Assembly: GCA_963794945.1 (NCBI GenBank)
Contig: CAWCFT010000009.1
Location: 1-64,000, forward strand
DNA length: 64,000 bases
DNA from: Endomicrobiales bacterium
Lineage (GTDB): Bacteria; Elusimicrobiota; Endomicrobiia; Endomicrobiales; CAWCFT01
Reading direction: 5' to 3'
Below the pieces are notes generated by a model that saw only the letters and a program-made list of their open reading frames with translations, made no database searches and was not told where the DNA came from. Numbering within the stretch: position 1 is the stretch's first letter; every line of letters starts with the position of its first letter. Shown here one piece after another: positions 29,075-40,214 of this stretch. The translations under genes and the position numbers were made by a program.

Positions 29075-29383
29075 AATTCCCCGCTTTATACCGTGTGCTT
29101 AATACTTCAGCCAGCTTTCGTTCGCGCCTTACAAATAAAAAATACCGCTTATGCGAATAGCGGTATGCCCAACGTTTAAATAATGATGCAAAATTGTATC
29201 TTTTCATATTTTCCGCCAAAATACTATTGTACCCCAGGAAAACACTACTTGATTCAACTCACGATTTGGAAGCTCATTGTATGTCTTTCAAGAACAGATT
29301 ACAGCTTTTTAAATACAAAGTCAAGCGGTTCTGCTGCATTCTGTTAAAGAAGATTTTTCGCTTATTGCGGCCACCAAATTTAA

Positions 29384-29423
29384 TTAACACGGAATTAACA
29401 AATTATTCATAAAATGCTATATT
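29384..29423 (+). promoter_or_regulatory. Candidate Pho box plus extended -10 promoter
   Basis: TTAACA/TTAACA/TTCATA at 11-bp period (29384, 29395, 29406), followed by TG-C-TATATT (29415..29423) upstream of ppx-ppk. Confidence 0.55.
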
Positions 29424-29473
29424 AAAAGAATGAATTTCAATAATCTCAAGCCTGCGGCACTAAAGAGGCGCTT

Positions 29474-31018
29474 ATGAAAGACGGCAGCATAGTAGGCATA
29501 ATCGACATAGGTACCTACTCGATCAAGCTTTTGATAGCGGAAAAAGCCGATTCGGATATAAGAAAGATCGAATCGCTCAAGAACGTTATCCCTCTTGGGC
29601 GGGACACTTTCTTTAAGGACCACATCTCCCACGAGACCATCAACCGCACAGTTACGATATTAAAAAAGTACGGCGAAAAGCTTAAGGAATATAATGTCAA
29701 GAACATCAAGGTCATCGCCACCACAGCCGTGCGTGAAGCAGAGAACAAGGACATTTTCGTAGACACGATATTGCGCAAGACCGGTTTCACGGTGGAAGTG
29801 CTCACGGTCGGCGACGTAATATATTATGTGGATTCCTACCTTTACCACAAGCTTAAGGACACCTACCCCATCCACGACAAGAACATTCTTATAGCGGAGC
29901 TCGGTTCCGGAAGCATAGACATATCAATACTTGACCACGGCTACACGCTGCTCAACGTCGGCCTCCCTCTGGGCACCCTTCGGTTAAACCAGCTTATGAC
30001 CAAGCTGGACGGCAGCGTGGCGGAGAACTGCGAGGCTATAGCAGAGAATATCGAGAACGAGTTCGAGTACCTCATGAGCAGCATGCGCGCTTTCGAGATA
30101 GACGATGTTATCCTTATAGACGAAGGCAATGCCTCTTATTTGCCCGTTCTGCTGCCCGGCAGGCCCCTGCAGGGAAATTTCTTTTCCCTGAAAAAAGAGG
30201 ACACCCAGCAGCTCCTCGACACGCTGATGAACAAAAACCCGTCCGACATCACCGCTGATTACAAGATACCCGCCGAGACCGCCGGCACGCTGCTGGAATA
30301 CTCCGTTATTCTTAACACATTCGCTGCTTTCGGCAAAAAAAAGCAGCTCTACATACTTGAAGCTTCGCTTTCCGAAGCCATAGTGTCTAACCTTATACTT
30401 GACTACGAGAACACGCTGCAGTACAACAAGACAAACCAGCTGGTCTCCATAGCAACTGCGTTGTGCAGGAAGTTCGACATGGATATGAACCATGTTGAGA
30501 ATGTGGCTAAACTTTCAACTATCCTTTTTGAGAATTTCAAAGCCGTGATGGGGCTGGGCGAGCAGGACAAGCTTTGCCTGATCCTTGCGGCCTACCTGCA
30601 CGACATCGGCAGGTTCATCTACAACCGCGCGCACCACAAGCACACTGAATATATAATCTCGAACCTCAATCTTTTCCGCCTTACGCCGGACGAGATCAAG
30701 GTGATAGCCTGCGTGGGCCGCTACCACCGCCGCGGCGTGCCCTCCCCGACACACCTGGTTTACAGTTCGCTTCCTCAGGACAAACAGATACTGGTGCAGA
30801 AGCTTAGCGCTATACTGCGCATAGCTAACGCTCTCGACCGCACTCACAAGCAAAAGGTCAAGAAACTTGACGTAAAATGCTCCGCTTCGCAGGATTTCAC
30901 GCTGACGGCGCACGTTAGCGGTAATTTCCTCAACGAGAAGCTTGACTTCCTGGATAAAAAAGATATTTTTGAAGAAATATCAGGAAGCAAAATAGACCTC
31001 AAAATAAGGTACACTTAA
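29474..31018 (+). CDS. ppx: Ppx/GppA family protein with C-terminal HD domain
   Basis: IDIGTYSI, ATTAVREAEN, ELGSGS, PLGTLRL, then LHDIG, HHKH, RYHR. Confidence 0.85.
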   Translation: MKDGSIVGIIDIGTYSIKLLIAEKADSDIRKIESLKNVIPLGRDTFFKDHISHETINRTVTILKKYGEKLKEYNVKNIKVIATTAVREAENKDIFVDTILRKTGFTVEVLTVGDVIYYVDSYLYHKLKDTYPIHDKNILIAELGSGSIDISILDHGYTLLNVGLPLGTLRLNQLMTKLDGSVAENCEAIAENIENEFEYLMSSMRAFEIDDVILIDEGNASYLPVLLPGRPLQGNFFSLKKEDTQQLLDTLMNKNPSDITADYKIPAETAGTLLEYSVILNTFAAFGKKKQLYILEASLSEAIVSNLILDYENTLQYNKTNQLVSIATALCRKFDMDMNHVENVAKLSTILFENFKAVMGLGEQDKLCLILAAYLHDIGRFIYNRAHHKHTEYIISNLNLFRLTPDEIKVIACVGRYHRRGVPSPTHLVYSSLPQDKQILVQKLSAILRIANALDRTHKQKVKKLDVKCSASQDFTLTAHVSGNFLNEKLDFLDKKDIFEEISGSKIDLKIRYT

Positions 31019-33083
31019 ATGACGCCACAGGCACCGAGCGAAACAAAAGCAACCGACCCAAAGAAACTCTTCATCCACCGCGACTTAAGCTGGCTCGATT
31101 TTAACGAGCGTGTTCTGGAAGAAGCGTCCGACACCTCCAACCCCCTTCTTGAACGGCTTAAGTTCATGGCTATCTTCGCCAACAACCTTGACGAGTTCTT
31201 TATGGTGCGCGTGGCAGGCCTCTCAAGGCTGTTGGACGCCGGTTACAACCGTAAGGACGACTTCGGTTACTATCCTCAGGAGCTCTATGACGCTATACGA
31301 GGCAGGACCGAAACACTTTTAACAAAGCTCTACTCCGTTTACCATGACTGTTCGGAGAAGGAAGCAAAAAAGAACGGCATAAAGCTTTTGAAAGCGGGCG
31401 AACTTAACGCTGAACAAAAGAAGGCCGCCAAAAGGCTTTTCGAAACCACTCTTTTCCCCATTGTAACTCCGATGGCGGTCGACCAGGGGCACCCTTTTCC
31501 AGTGCTCCCGTCAAAAACCAATATTTTCGCTGTTTATCTTAACCGCAATGAGGCCGTACACCTCGCGCTTATAGCTATCCCGCACTCGGTCCCTAGGCTT
31601 TTCAGGCTGCCTTCGGAAAAAGACGAGTTCTGCGGTATACTTGTTGACGACATCATCCGTGACAATCTTGATAGTTTTTTCCGCGGTTATAAGATAGTCG
31701 CCAACTTTATTTTCAGGGTAATACGCGACAGCGAACTTTCGATAAAGGAAGAATACACCGCTAACCTTTTAAAAACTATCGAAGCCGAGATAAAGAACCG
31801 CTCGAAAGCTAAGGTAGTGTGCCTGCAGGTTGAGAAACAGCACCATGACCAGCTGCTTGAACTTATCTGCGAGGGCCTTTCTTTCCCCGGCGAGCTCATA
31901 AGCGTCATTGACGGCGCCCTTGACCTGACCTACCTTTTTTCGCTCGCCCGCCAGGACCTAAAGCCCGAGCTTAGCTACAAGAGCTTTCTACCAAAGAAAA
32001 TAGAACTTGAAAATATATTCGATTCGATAAAAGAAAGTGATTTCATCCTGCACATGCCCTACGAATCGTTCCAGCTTACAGTAGACCTCATACAGCGGGC
32101 GGCTGTCGACCGCGACGTGCTGGGCATAAAGATGACGCTTTACCGCACCAACGATGATTCAGCGATAATAGCGGCGCTCCTGGAAGCCGCCAAGAACAAG
32201 AACCAGGTGACCGTGCTTGTGGAACTGAAAGCCCGTTTCGACGAAGAACGCAACATCGACTGGACCAAGGACCTTAAAGGCCGCGGGTTGCCACGTGATA
32301 TACGGTGTCCCGGGCATGAAAACGCACTCGAAGATGCTGCTTATAGTCAGGAGAGAAGAGGACAGGATCCGCCGTTATGTGCACCTCTCGACCGGCAACT
32401 ACAACGAGCGGACGTCAAAGATATACACGGATATCGGTTATTTTACGGCGAACGAAGACGTAGCTAAGGACATCTCTGATATTTTCAACGTTATTACCGG
32501 CTATTCCATGCCGTCCCGCTGGAAACGCATCGTCACGGCGCCGCTAAGCCTGCGCAACCATTTTTTTGAGCTTGTGGACAAGGAGATCGAGTTCCACAAG
32601 AAATACAAGAACGGTTCTATTTTCGCGAAGATGAACTCTCTTGAAGACACACAGATGATAGAAAAACTTTACCAGGCGTCGAAAGCCGGCGTGAAGATAC
32701 AGCTTATAGTGCGCGGGATATGCAGCCTTATACCCGGGGTTGAAGGCATGAGCGAGAGCATTGAAGTGCGGAGCATCGTCGGCCGTTTTTTAGAGCACTC
32801 GCGAGTTTTCCTGTTTAACAACAACTCCGATTACCGCGTTTTCCTTGCTTCTTCCGACTGGATGACCCGTAATTTCGACCGCAGGATAGAGATAGGGTTC
32901 GAGATCAACAAGCAGGAGATCAAAGAACACCTGAAGTTCATACTTGAAGAATACTGGAAAGACACGGCAAAAACACGGATATTGACCGCTAACAAAACTT
33001 ATATCAGGCCCACCAATGACACAAAAATACATAACGCGCAGGAATTCCTGCTTTCGTACTACAGCTCTGAAAGCGGCCGCTGA
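31019..33083 (+). CDS. ppk1: Polyphosphate kinase 1 (frameshift near 32280)
   Basis: RDLSWLDFNERVL, NLDEFFMVRVA, HMPYESF, ELKARFDE, HLSTGNYN, SIVGRFLEHSR, DWMTRNFDRR. Confidence 0.95.
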
Positions 33084-33958
33084 ACGCCGCTGCGTAGCGG
33101 ACGCCGCTGCCGGCTGCCTAAAATCTTTCTCCGATGAATACCCTGAAACTGTCCGGGGAGAGTCCCGAGAGGCCCTTCACCGGATGCGCGTCGCATCACG
33201 CCGGCTTCGAGTCGCACTTCATATGCTCTCTTACCTTGAGCCTGAACTATCTACAGATAAATACTACGACTATTTTCGCACTGTCGGGCATGCGCTGGGG
33301 GCAGTCCGCGAGCTGGATGTCCAGACAGCTTTCATCTCGGAGGCCAAGTATAAAATCGCTGGCTCAACATCGCGTAAGGGTATGGCTTTGATCGCTAATT
33401 CATTAAAAAAGAAACGCGCCAAAGCGTTACGTAACACCGTCAGTCTTCTCCGAAAGCAAAAACAGAGAAAGATTGTCCGCAAACTCGGTAAAATACTCGC
33501 TGCTCGCGCCGGCAGGACATGGACCGGAAGGCATTAACTACATCAGCGCTCTGCTCGCGACATATATCATAAACTTCTTATCCCGCGTTCCTAAACCAAT
33601 AGACCCTTCAGACTCCGACGGCCTCCACCGCATGCGGATAGCGTCAAAAAAACTTCGTTACGCGCTGGAGATCGCTGCGCCCTGTTTCGGTAAAGCTGTT
33701 GCGAGCGCAGCTTCTGAAGCGCAGTCTATTCAGGACCCGCTGGGCGATCTGCATGAAATGGACGTTTGGCATGCTTATCTAATGAAAAACCGTTTCAAAA
33801 GAAATAAAACTCTTTCGGCCGCCGCCGCGATAATTAACAAGCGGTGCGCGGTTAAACGCGAGCTTGCCTTTAGAACGTTCCTTGTTTCATGGCAGGCCCA
33901 AAAGAAAGGAAAACTATGGAAAAATCTGTTAACAAAAATCTCCGCGAATCCGCGCTGA
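33016..33958 (+). CDS. CHAD domain polyphosphate-binding protein (frameshift near 33520; start uncertain)
   Basis: LHRMRVASRRLR, LGAVRELDV, LHRMRIASKKLRYALE, QDPLGDLHEMDV. Confidence 0.88.
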
Positions 33959-34516
33959 AGCTGATTCGCAGCCACAGAGGCGGCGATGAGAAACACGCTT
34001 TGCAAGTGGCAAAGTTGTCGGTGTCACTGTTTGACCAGTTAGCTTCCCTGCACAATCTTGACGCTTCGGACCGCGAGCTTTTGGAAGCCGCGGCTTTACT
34101 TCACGACATAGGCTGGCACAACGGCAGAAAGGAACACCACAAGACGTCGAGGAACATCATAATCCGGTCGCGGGCTCTCCCGATGAGCACCCGCCGCCGC
34201 GTAATGGCAGGCCTCATAGCGCGGTACCACCGCAAAAAGCTTCCCCAACCATCGCACAGATTCTTTTCTCTGCTCGACGAACGGTCAAAAGCAACGGTGA
34301 ACAAGCTCGCCGCGCTGCTCAGGTTCGCAGACGGACTTGACGCGGGCCATAATTCTTCGGTAAAAGACATTAAGGTGTTCGTATCACCGCTGCAGATCAC
34401 CGTGCCGGCTTTTGCCTTGCGGCAATAAAAACGATGATAATTCTACCGGGAAGAAGAAAGCAGATCTTTTAAAGAAAGTTTACGGCAAGAGGATCAGGAT
34501 AGAAGTTTGCAGGTAG
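33916..34516 (+). CDS. Stand-alone HD domain protein (Ppx C-terminal-like); frameshift near 34410
   Basis: HALQV, LLHDIG, HHK, ARYHR, FADGLD. Alternative frame ends KKADLLKKVYGKRIRIEVCR. Confidence 0.82.
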
Positions 34517-34522
34517 TTGCGT

Positions 34523-35485
34523 TTAACTTTTTTGCCTCGCCAGGGCGACACCGCCCAAAATAACAGCGTCATCAAGAAGATGTGAAGCGACGATCTCGCA
34601 GCTGCCCAGCCCGGAGCAGAGTTTATCGTTCCCGAACCTTTTTTTAATTATAGGGAACATGAAATCGCCGCAAGCCTCGATAACACCCCCTCCGAAAATT
34701 ATGACTTCAGGGTCGAATATGTGGCGCAGGGTCACGCATGCGTTGCCCAACGCGAGAGCGGCTTCTCCCATTATCATGGTAACGAGCGGGTCCTTCGCCT
34801 TGAGAGCCTTATGAAGTGTTTTGCTTTTTATGGCCGACAGGTCTCCGTCCAGTATCTTTGTTACTATTGTTTTTTTGCCTTTTGCCACTGCCTTTCTTAT
34901 ATCGCGCTCGATAGCCCACCTGCCGGCGAACGCTTCAAGACAGCCCTGATTACCGCATGTGCATTGAGGCCCGCTCTCGCTGACTATCATGTGGCCCAGC
35001 TCCGCCGCCGCCTCGTGGCTGCCTGTATACAGTTCGCCATTTATCAACAGCCCTCCGCCGACGCCTGTACCAACAAAAAGGCTAACGGCGTTCTTTGCTC
35101 CGCGCGCGGCTCCGCGCCACTGTTCCCCGAGGATCCCAAGGTTAACGTCGTTGCCAAGCGCTACGGGTACCGAGAAGTGATTACGTATCATTTTCTTGAG
35201 ATTGATGTTCGAAAGGTTCAGGTTGGGCGCCCTGACTACAAGGCCTTTGCTGTTATCGACAATACCCGGTATACCGATGCCGATGCCGGCAAGCGAGCTT
35301 ATATCGTACCCGCTTTCGCTGATAGTTTCTTTGAGCAACGCCTTGATGGATCTTACAAGCTTGCCCGCTGTAATAGCCTTGGGCGTTGGGTTCTTAGCTA
35401 TAGATATTATCCTGCCCGCACCGGTTACGAGCCCTGCGCGTATCTTTGTGCCGCCTACATCAATGCCAGCGTATAGTTTATTCAT
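34523..35485 (-). CDS. ROK family sugar kinase (glucokinase-like)
   Basis: GIDVGGTK, GIGIPG, NDVN, GTGVGGG, ELGH, CTCGNQGCLE. Confidence 0.9.
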   Translation of the reverse strand: MNKLYAGIDVGGTKIRAGLVTGAGRIISIAKNPTPKAITAGKLVRSIKALLKETISESGYDISSLAGIGIGIPGIVDNSKGLVVRAPNLNLSNINLKKMIRNHFSVPVALGNDVNLGILGEQWRGAARGAKNAVSLFVGTGVGGGLLINGELYTGSHEAAAELGHMIVSESGPQCTCGNQGCLEAFAGRWAIERDIRKAVAKGKKTIVTKILDGDLSAIKSKTLHKALKAKDPLVTMIMGEAALALGNACVTLRHIFDPEVIIFGGGVIEACGDFMFPIIKKRFGNDKLCSGLGSCEIVASHLLDDAVILGGVALARQKS

Positions 35486-35626
35486 GTCTAGATTATAATA
35501 TTTTATTAATTACTCTTCAAGTTAATTTACACCTATCAAAGCTCCAGCATTCCAATACGTTTTAATACCTTCCACTATCTACACGATTCATCATGAATTA
35601 CTAAAAGTTTTGACGTTATTTATGGC

Positions 35627-37063
35627 TCATTTACTTTTCTTCTTTGCATAAGGCAGCATGGACACGTCCCAGCCGCCGCCAAGCGCTTTAATAAGAGACA
35701 CCGAGGCATTTAAGCGGTTATATAATATATTCACAGCAGTCTTTCTATTCGCGAGTTCTACGTTCTGTACAGTTATTACATCTAAAGCGCTTATGGTTCC
35801 CTGCTTGAACTGGTTTAAGCTCACTGTTAATGATTCATCTGCGGACTTAACGGCTTCATCCTGCGCGGCTGCTTCTTCTTCAAGTATGCGCAGAGCGGAC
35901 AGGTTATCTTCAACTTCCTGGAACCCGGTCAAAACGGCTTGTTTATAGTTCGCAACGCTTGCCCTGTAAACAGCCTTTGCCTGGGCAACCTGGGCTCTTT
36001 TTGCTCCACCGGCAAACAGGGTTTCCGCGAGAGAAGGCCCGTAAAACCACACCTGGTTAGGGATTGAAAGTAATGAAGCCCAATCCTGATTATTTGACTC
36101 TCTTGTCGCGGCTAGAGTAAGCGTAGGGAAATAAGCTGACTTCGCCACACCGATCTGTGCATTGGCAGCCTGTACACGCCGCTCTGCAGCCGCGATATCC
36201 GGCCGGCGTTCAAGAAGTTCTGAAGGCAACACAAGAGGCACATTGGGCAGGTTAATGGTTGCCGTGGAAACAGGCAGTGAAAACAGCGAAGGGAGTTTAC
36301 CCACAAGCAGCGCGATCGCGTGTTCAGTCTGGGCGCGCTGGATCTCTATATCAATTCCCTGAGCGATAGTAGTTTTATACTGGGTATCCGCCTGCAGGAC
36401 GTCCGCTTTTGACGCCACTCCGCTCGCGTAGCGGTTCTTGGTCATTTCAAGGAATCTCTTGTATCCGTCGATAGTATCAAAAAGGATCTGTTTCTGGACA
36501 TCCAGCGACCGTAAAAGGAAATAGTCCTGCGCGAGCGTGGCATGAACGCTCAAACGCAATGATTCAAGGTCCGCGGCGGTCGCCTGAACATTAGCCTTGT
36601 TCGACTCAACGTTCCTCCGCACTTTTCCCCACACGTCCAGTTCCCAGGATAAATTTACGCTAGCAGTGTTATTTGTAACAGTATTTTTAAACGTGGCTGT
36701 AGATGTGTTGAGAGTTTGAGCGCCGGCCGAAATTACCGGAAAATATTCTGCTTTTGCGCCGCGCAGCAATGCACGGGCTTCCTGGAACTGCTCTTGGGCC
36801 GCAACTATATTTTGGTTTGAAACATCAACCTGATCCTCAAGCTGATTTAGTCCTTCATCGTTATAAACTTTCCACCAGGCGCCGCGGGCAATATTCTCCT
36901 GCGGCTGAGCTTCCTTCCAATTTACCGCTTCCTTGTATGCAGGCGGAACTTGGGTGGTTGGTTTAACATATTTTGGCCCTGCCGAGCACCCGTAAATAAG
37001 CGTAAGCATTCCAAAAACTGCGAGCACTTTCTTTAATTGATAAGCTTTCTCAAAGCAAAACAT
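35627..37063 (-). CDS. RND efflux outer-membrane lipoprotein (NodT/OprM family)
   Basis: Lipobox YGC, WWK, SWELDVWG, PSELLERRPDIAAAER, KALGGGW. Confidence 0.92.
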   Translation of the reverse strand: MFCFEKAYQLKKVLAVFGMLTLIYGCSAGPKYVKPTTQVPPAYKEAVNWKEAQPQENIARGAWWKVYNDEGLNQLEDQVDVSNQNIVAAQEQFQEARALLRGAKAEYFPVISAGAQTLNTSTATFKNTVTNNTASVNLSWELDVWGKVRRNVESNKANVQATAADLESLRLSVHATLAQDYFLLRSLDVQKQILFDTIDGYKRFLEMTKNRYASGVASKADVLQADTQYKTTIAQGIDIEIQRAQTEHAIALLVGKLPSLFSLPVSTATINLPNVPLVLPSELLERRPDIAAAERRVQAANAQIGVAKSAYFPTLTLAATRESNNQDWASLLSIPNQVWFYGPSLAETLFAGGAKRAQVAQAKAVYRASVANYKQAVLTGFQEVEDNLSALRILEEEAAAQDEAVKSADESLTVSLNQFKQGTISALDVITVQNVELANRKTAVNILYNRLNASVSLIKALGGGWDVSMLPYAKKKSK

Positions 37064-37100
37064 TGTTTACCCTCTCTTTACTAAATCCGATCCAAATTAT

Positions 37101-40100
37101 CTAAACAATACGTGCCGGATATGCGAGAACTTCCCTTTCGGGTTTCCCTTTTCTCCGGGCAAGCCATATTCTGTAACGGTCCATCCACAAATATATTACG
37201 GGGGTAGTGAAAAGGGTGAGCATCTGACTGAGCATAAGGCCGCCTATTATCGTTATACCCAGCGGGCGCCGAAGCTCAGAACCCATACCCGAACCCAAAA
37301 CAAGCGGGAAAGCTCCGAACATTGCGGAAGCTGTCGTCATCATTATAGGCCGGAAACGCAGCAAGCTCGCCTGGTAGATAGCTTCAAGAGGGGTTTTCCC
37401 CTCGTTGCGTTCCGCGGCTATGGCAAAATCTATCATAATGATGCCGTTCTTCTTGACGATGCCTATGAGTAAAAGTATGCCTATCAGGGCTATGATACTG
37501 AGGTCTATCCTGAAGATCAAAAGCGCTAAAAGCGCTCCGACACCTGCTGACGGCAAAGTTGACAATATCGTGATCGGGTGTATATAGCTTTCGTACAAAA
37601 TCCCCAAAACAATATAAACCGCTATCAGCGCAGCAAGAATCAAATATGGCTCGCTCGCTATAGATGCCTGAAAGGCCTGCGCCGTTCCCTGGAAAGTCCC
37701 CCGTATAGTTGAAGGAAGCATCATTTTTTTTGTTGCCTCTCCTATCTCACTCACCGCGTCTCCGAGCGATGATCCAGGCGCGAGATTAAAGGATATTGTA
37801 ACAGCAGGGACCTCGCTTTGGTGGTTAACTGCCAGCGAGCTGTTTGTCAGTTTAAATGAAGCTATAGCGCTTAAAGGCACCTTGGCGTTCTTTGCCGACA
37901 TCACGTAAAAATTGTTCAGTATATCCGGCCTCTGCCAGTATTGAGGCTCAACCTCCATAACCACATGGTATTGGTTGAGAGGAGTGTACATTATTGAAAC
38001 CTGCCTCTGGCCGAATGCGCTGTACAAAGATGAATCAATCATGGCCGAAGTTATCCCAAGGCTCGAAGCCCGGTCGTGGTCTATGTCAAGAGATGTTTGC
38101 AGGCCTTTGTTCTGCTGATCGCTGCTTATATCAACCAGCCCCGGCACTTTGTGCAATCGGGCTTCCACGCGCGGGGCCCAAGCCATCAGCTCGTCAAGGT
38201 TATCATCCCTTAGCGTGAATTGGTACATGGCGTTGCTCATCCTGCCTCCAACGCGCACATCCTGAACGGACTGAAAGAACGTTGGCGTGGCCGGCAAAAC
38301 GCTGAGGCTTTTCCTCAGCCTCGCTATAATCTGGTCGGCGTTCTTTATTCTGATCGACTTCAGAGCAACGAACATTCTCGCGGTGTTGCGCGTTGAACTG
38401 CCTCCTGAAAAGGCGATGACGTTCTCGACAGCAGGGTCTTTCTTTATAATTCCGACGACTGTTTGCAGCTTTTGTTTCATCAATTGGAAAGATATGTCCT
38501 GAGAAGCCTGGATCGTACCGGTAAGCCTGCCTGTGTCCTGCGATGGAAAAAAGCCTTTAGGAACTAATATGAACAAAACAATATTCACCAAAACTATAGC
38601 TACCGTTGCAAAAAGCACGAATTTGGGATGCTTAAGCGACCACGATAATCCCTTTTCATAGGTATTGTACATGCTGTCAAACATACCCTGGCTCGCTTTG
38701 AACAGCCGCCCTTGGGAAGGCTGTTCGCCTTTCTTTTGCTGTTTTAAGAGTATCGCGCAGAGCATTGGCGTGGTAGTAAGCGATACCAACAGCGAGATGA
38801 TTATAGCCACGGAAAGCGTTACAGCGAACTCCCTGAAAAGCCGGCCCAGAATGCCCGCCATGAGCAATATCGGCGTAAATACAGCTATGAGAGAAATACT
38901 TATAGATGTTATCGTGAAAGCGATCTCGCCAACACCTGTCATTGCCGCTTTAAGCGGAGTTTCACCTTTTTCCAGATGGCGCGTAATATTCTCAACGACC
39001 ACTATTGAATCGTCCACTACGAACCCCGTAGCTATGGTCAGCGCCATCAGCGAAATATTATTCAGACTGAAATGCAATAGATACATGACCCCGAACGTGC
39101 TTACAAGCGATATAGGCACCACAACGCTCGGTATAAAAGTTGTTCTTATATTCCTCAGGAAAAAAAATACTACTCCTATGACAAGCAGCACAGAAAAAAT
39201 AATAGTTTTCTTAGATTCCTTTAAAGAAGCGCGAATAGTGGGGGTCCTGTCCATCACAACTGTCAGATCTGCGCCCGCCGGGATCAATGCCTTAAAAGCC
39301 GGAAGCAGGGCAAGTACGTTGTCAACGGTAGATATGATGTTGGCCCCCGGCTGGCGAAATACTATTAGGGAAACAGCCGGGTGGCCGTTCACAAAACCGG
39401 CGTTCCTTACGTCTTCAACGGAATCCTGGACGTCAGCGATATCGGAAAGCCTTACCGGCCGGCCGGCCCTGTAAGCGACAATAAGTGACTTATACTGATC
39501 CGCCCTGTACATCTGGTCGTTGGTTTGTATTTCCCATGACATCAGCCCGTTACCCAGCCTACCTTTTGGAGTGTTAGCATTGCTGCTGCCTATGGCGCTG
39601 GCAACCGTATTTAAACTGATGCCGTATTGGCTTAATGCGTTAGGGTTCAGCTCGGCGCGCACCGCCGGCAGGGAACTGCCGCCCACTATAACCTGGCCCA
39701 CGCCGGCAACTTGCGACAATTCCTGCTGCAGGACTGACGAAGCCACATCGTACAGCTTTGCCATAGTATATCTGTCCGAACTAAGCGCCAAAATAAGGAT
39801 CGGCGCTTCGGACGGATTGACTTTTCTGTAGGTAGGATTGCTTGGCAGCGCCGCTGGCAAATAAGAGCGGGCCGCGTTTATTGCAGCCTGAACATCGCGC
39901 GCAGCCCCGTCAATGTCGCGGTTTAGGTCGAACTGAAGCGTCACGGACGTAGTACCGAGATTGCTGGTTGACGTCATTTCAGTGACGCCGGATATGTGCG
40001 AGAATTGGCGTTCAAGCGGTGTCGCCACCGAAGTTGCCATGTTCTCGGGGCTTGCCCCGGGAAGCGAGGCATTGACGCTTATTGTAGGATAATCAACCTG

Positions 40101-40214
40101 CGGCAGGGGTGAAGTAGGCAGTAAATTTACAGCTAAAGCCCCCGCTGTAACCATTCCTATGGTTAAAAGAGTTGTAGCCACCGGCCGGTTGATAAATGTA
40201 GCCGATATGCTCAT
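37101..40214 (-). CDS. mdtC: RND permease MdtC/MuxC-like
   Basis: [38 protein letters not shown]. Second of a tandem RND pair. Confidence 0.85.
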   Translation of the reverse strand: MSISATFINRPVATTLLTIGMVTAGALAVNLLPTSPLPQVDYPTISVNASLPGASPENMATSVATPLERQFSHISGVTEMTSTSNLGTTSVTLQFDLNRDIDGAARDVQAAINAARSYLPAALPSNPTYRKVNPSEAPILILALSSDRYTMAKLYDVASSVLQQELSQVAGVGQVIVGGSSLPAVRAELNPNALSQYGISLNTVASAIGSSNANTPKGRLGNGLMSWEIQTNDQMYRADQYKSLIVAYRAGRPVRLSDIADVQDSVEDVRNAGFVNGHPAVSLIVFRQPGANIISTVDNVLALLPAFKALIPAGADLTVVMDRTPTIRASLKESKKTIIFSVLLVIGVVFFFLRNIRTTFIPSVVVPISLVSTFGVMYLLHFSLNNISLMALTIATGFVVDDSIVVVENITRHLEKGETPLKAAMTGVGEIAFTITSISISLIAVFTPILLMAGILGRLFREFAVTLSVAIIISLLVSLTTTPMLCAILLKQQKKGEQPSQGRLFKASQGMFDSMYNTYEKGLSWSLKHPKFVLFATVAIVLVNIVLFILVPKGFFPSQDTGRLTGTIQASQDISFQLMKQKLQTVVGIIKKDPAVENVIAFSGGSSTRNTARMFVALKSIRIKNADQIIARLRKSLSVLPATPTFFQSVQDVRVGGRMSNAMYQFTLRDDNLDELMAWAPRVEARLHKVPGLVDISSDQQNKGLQTSLDIDHDRASSLGITSAMIDSSLYSAFGQRQVSIMYTPLNQYHVVMEVEPQYWQRPDILNNFYVMSAKNAKVPLSAIASFKLTNSSLAVNHQSEVPAVTISFNLAPGSSLGDAVSEIGEATKKMMLPSTIRGTFQGTAQAFQASIASEPYLILAALIAVYIVLGILYESYIHPITILSTLPSAGVGALLALLIFRIDLSIIALIGILLLIGIVKKNGIIMIDFAIAAERNEGKTPLEAIYQASLLRFRPIMMTTASAMFGAFPLVLGSGMGSELRRPLGITIIGGLMLSQMLTLFTTPVIYLWMDRYRIWLARRKGKPEREVLAYPARIV

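Noticed and set aside
34523..35485. Calling the ROK protein a polyphosphate glucokinase because of its neighbours
   Set aside because: It has the Cys-rich Zn motif of ordinary ROK glucokinases and is transcribed convergently. The phosphoryl donor cannot be inferred.
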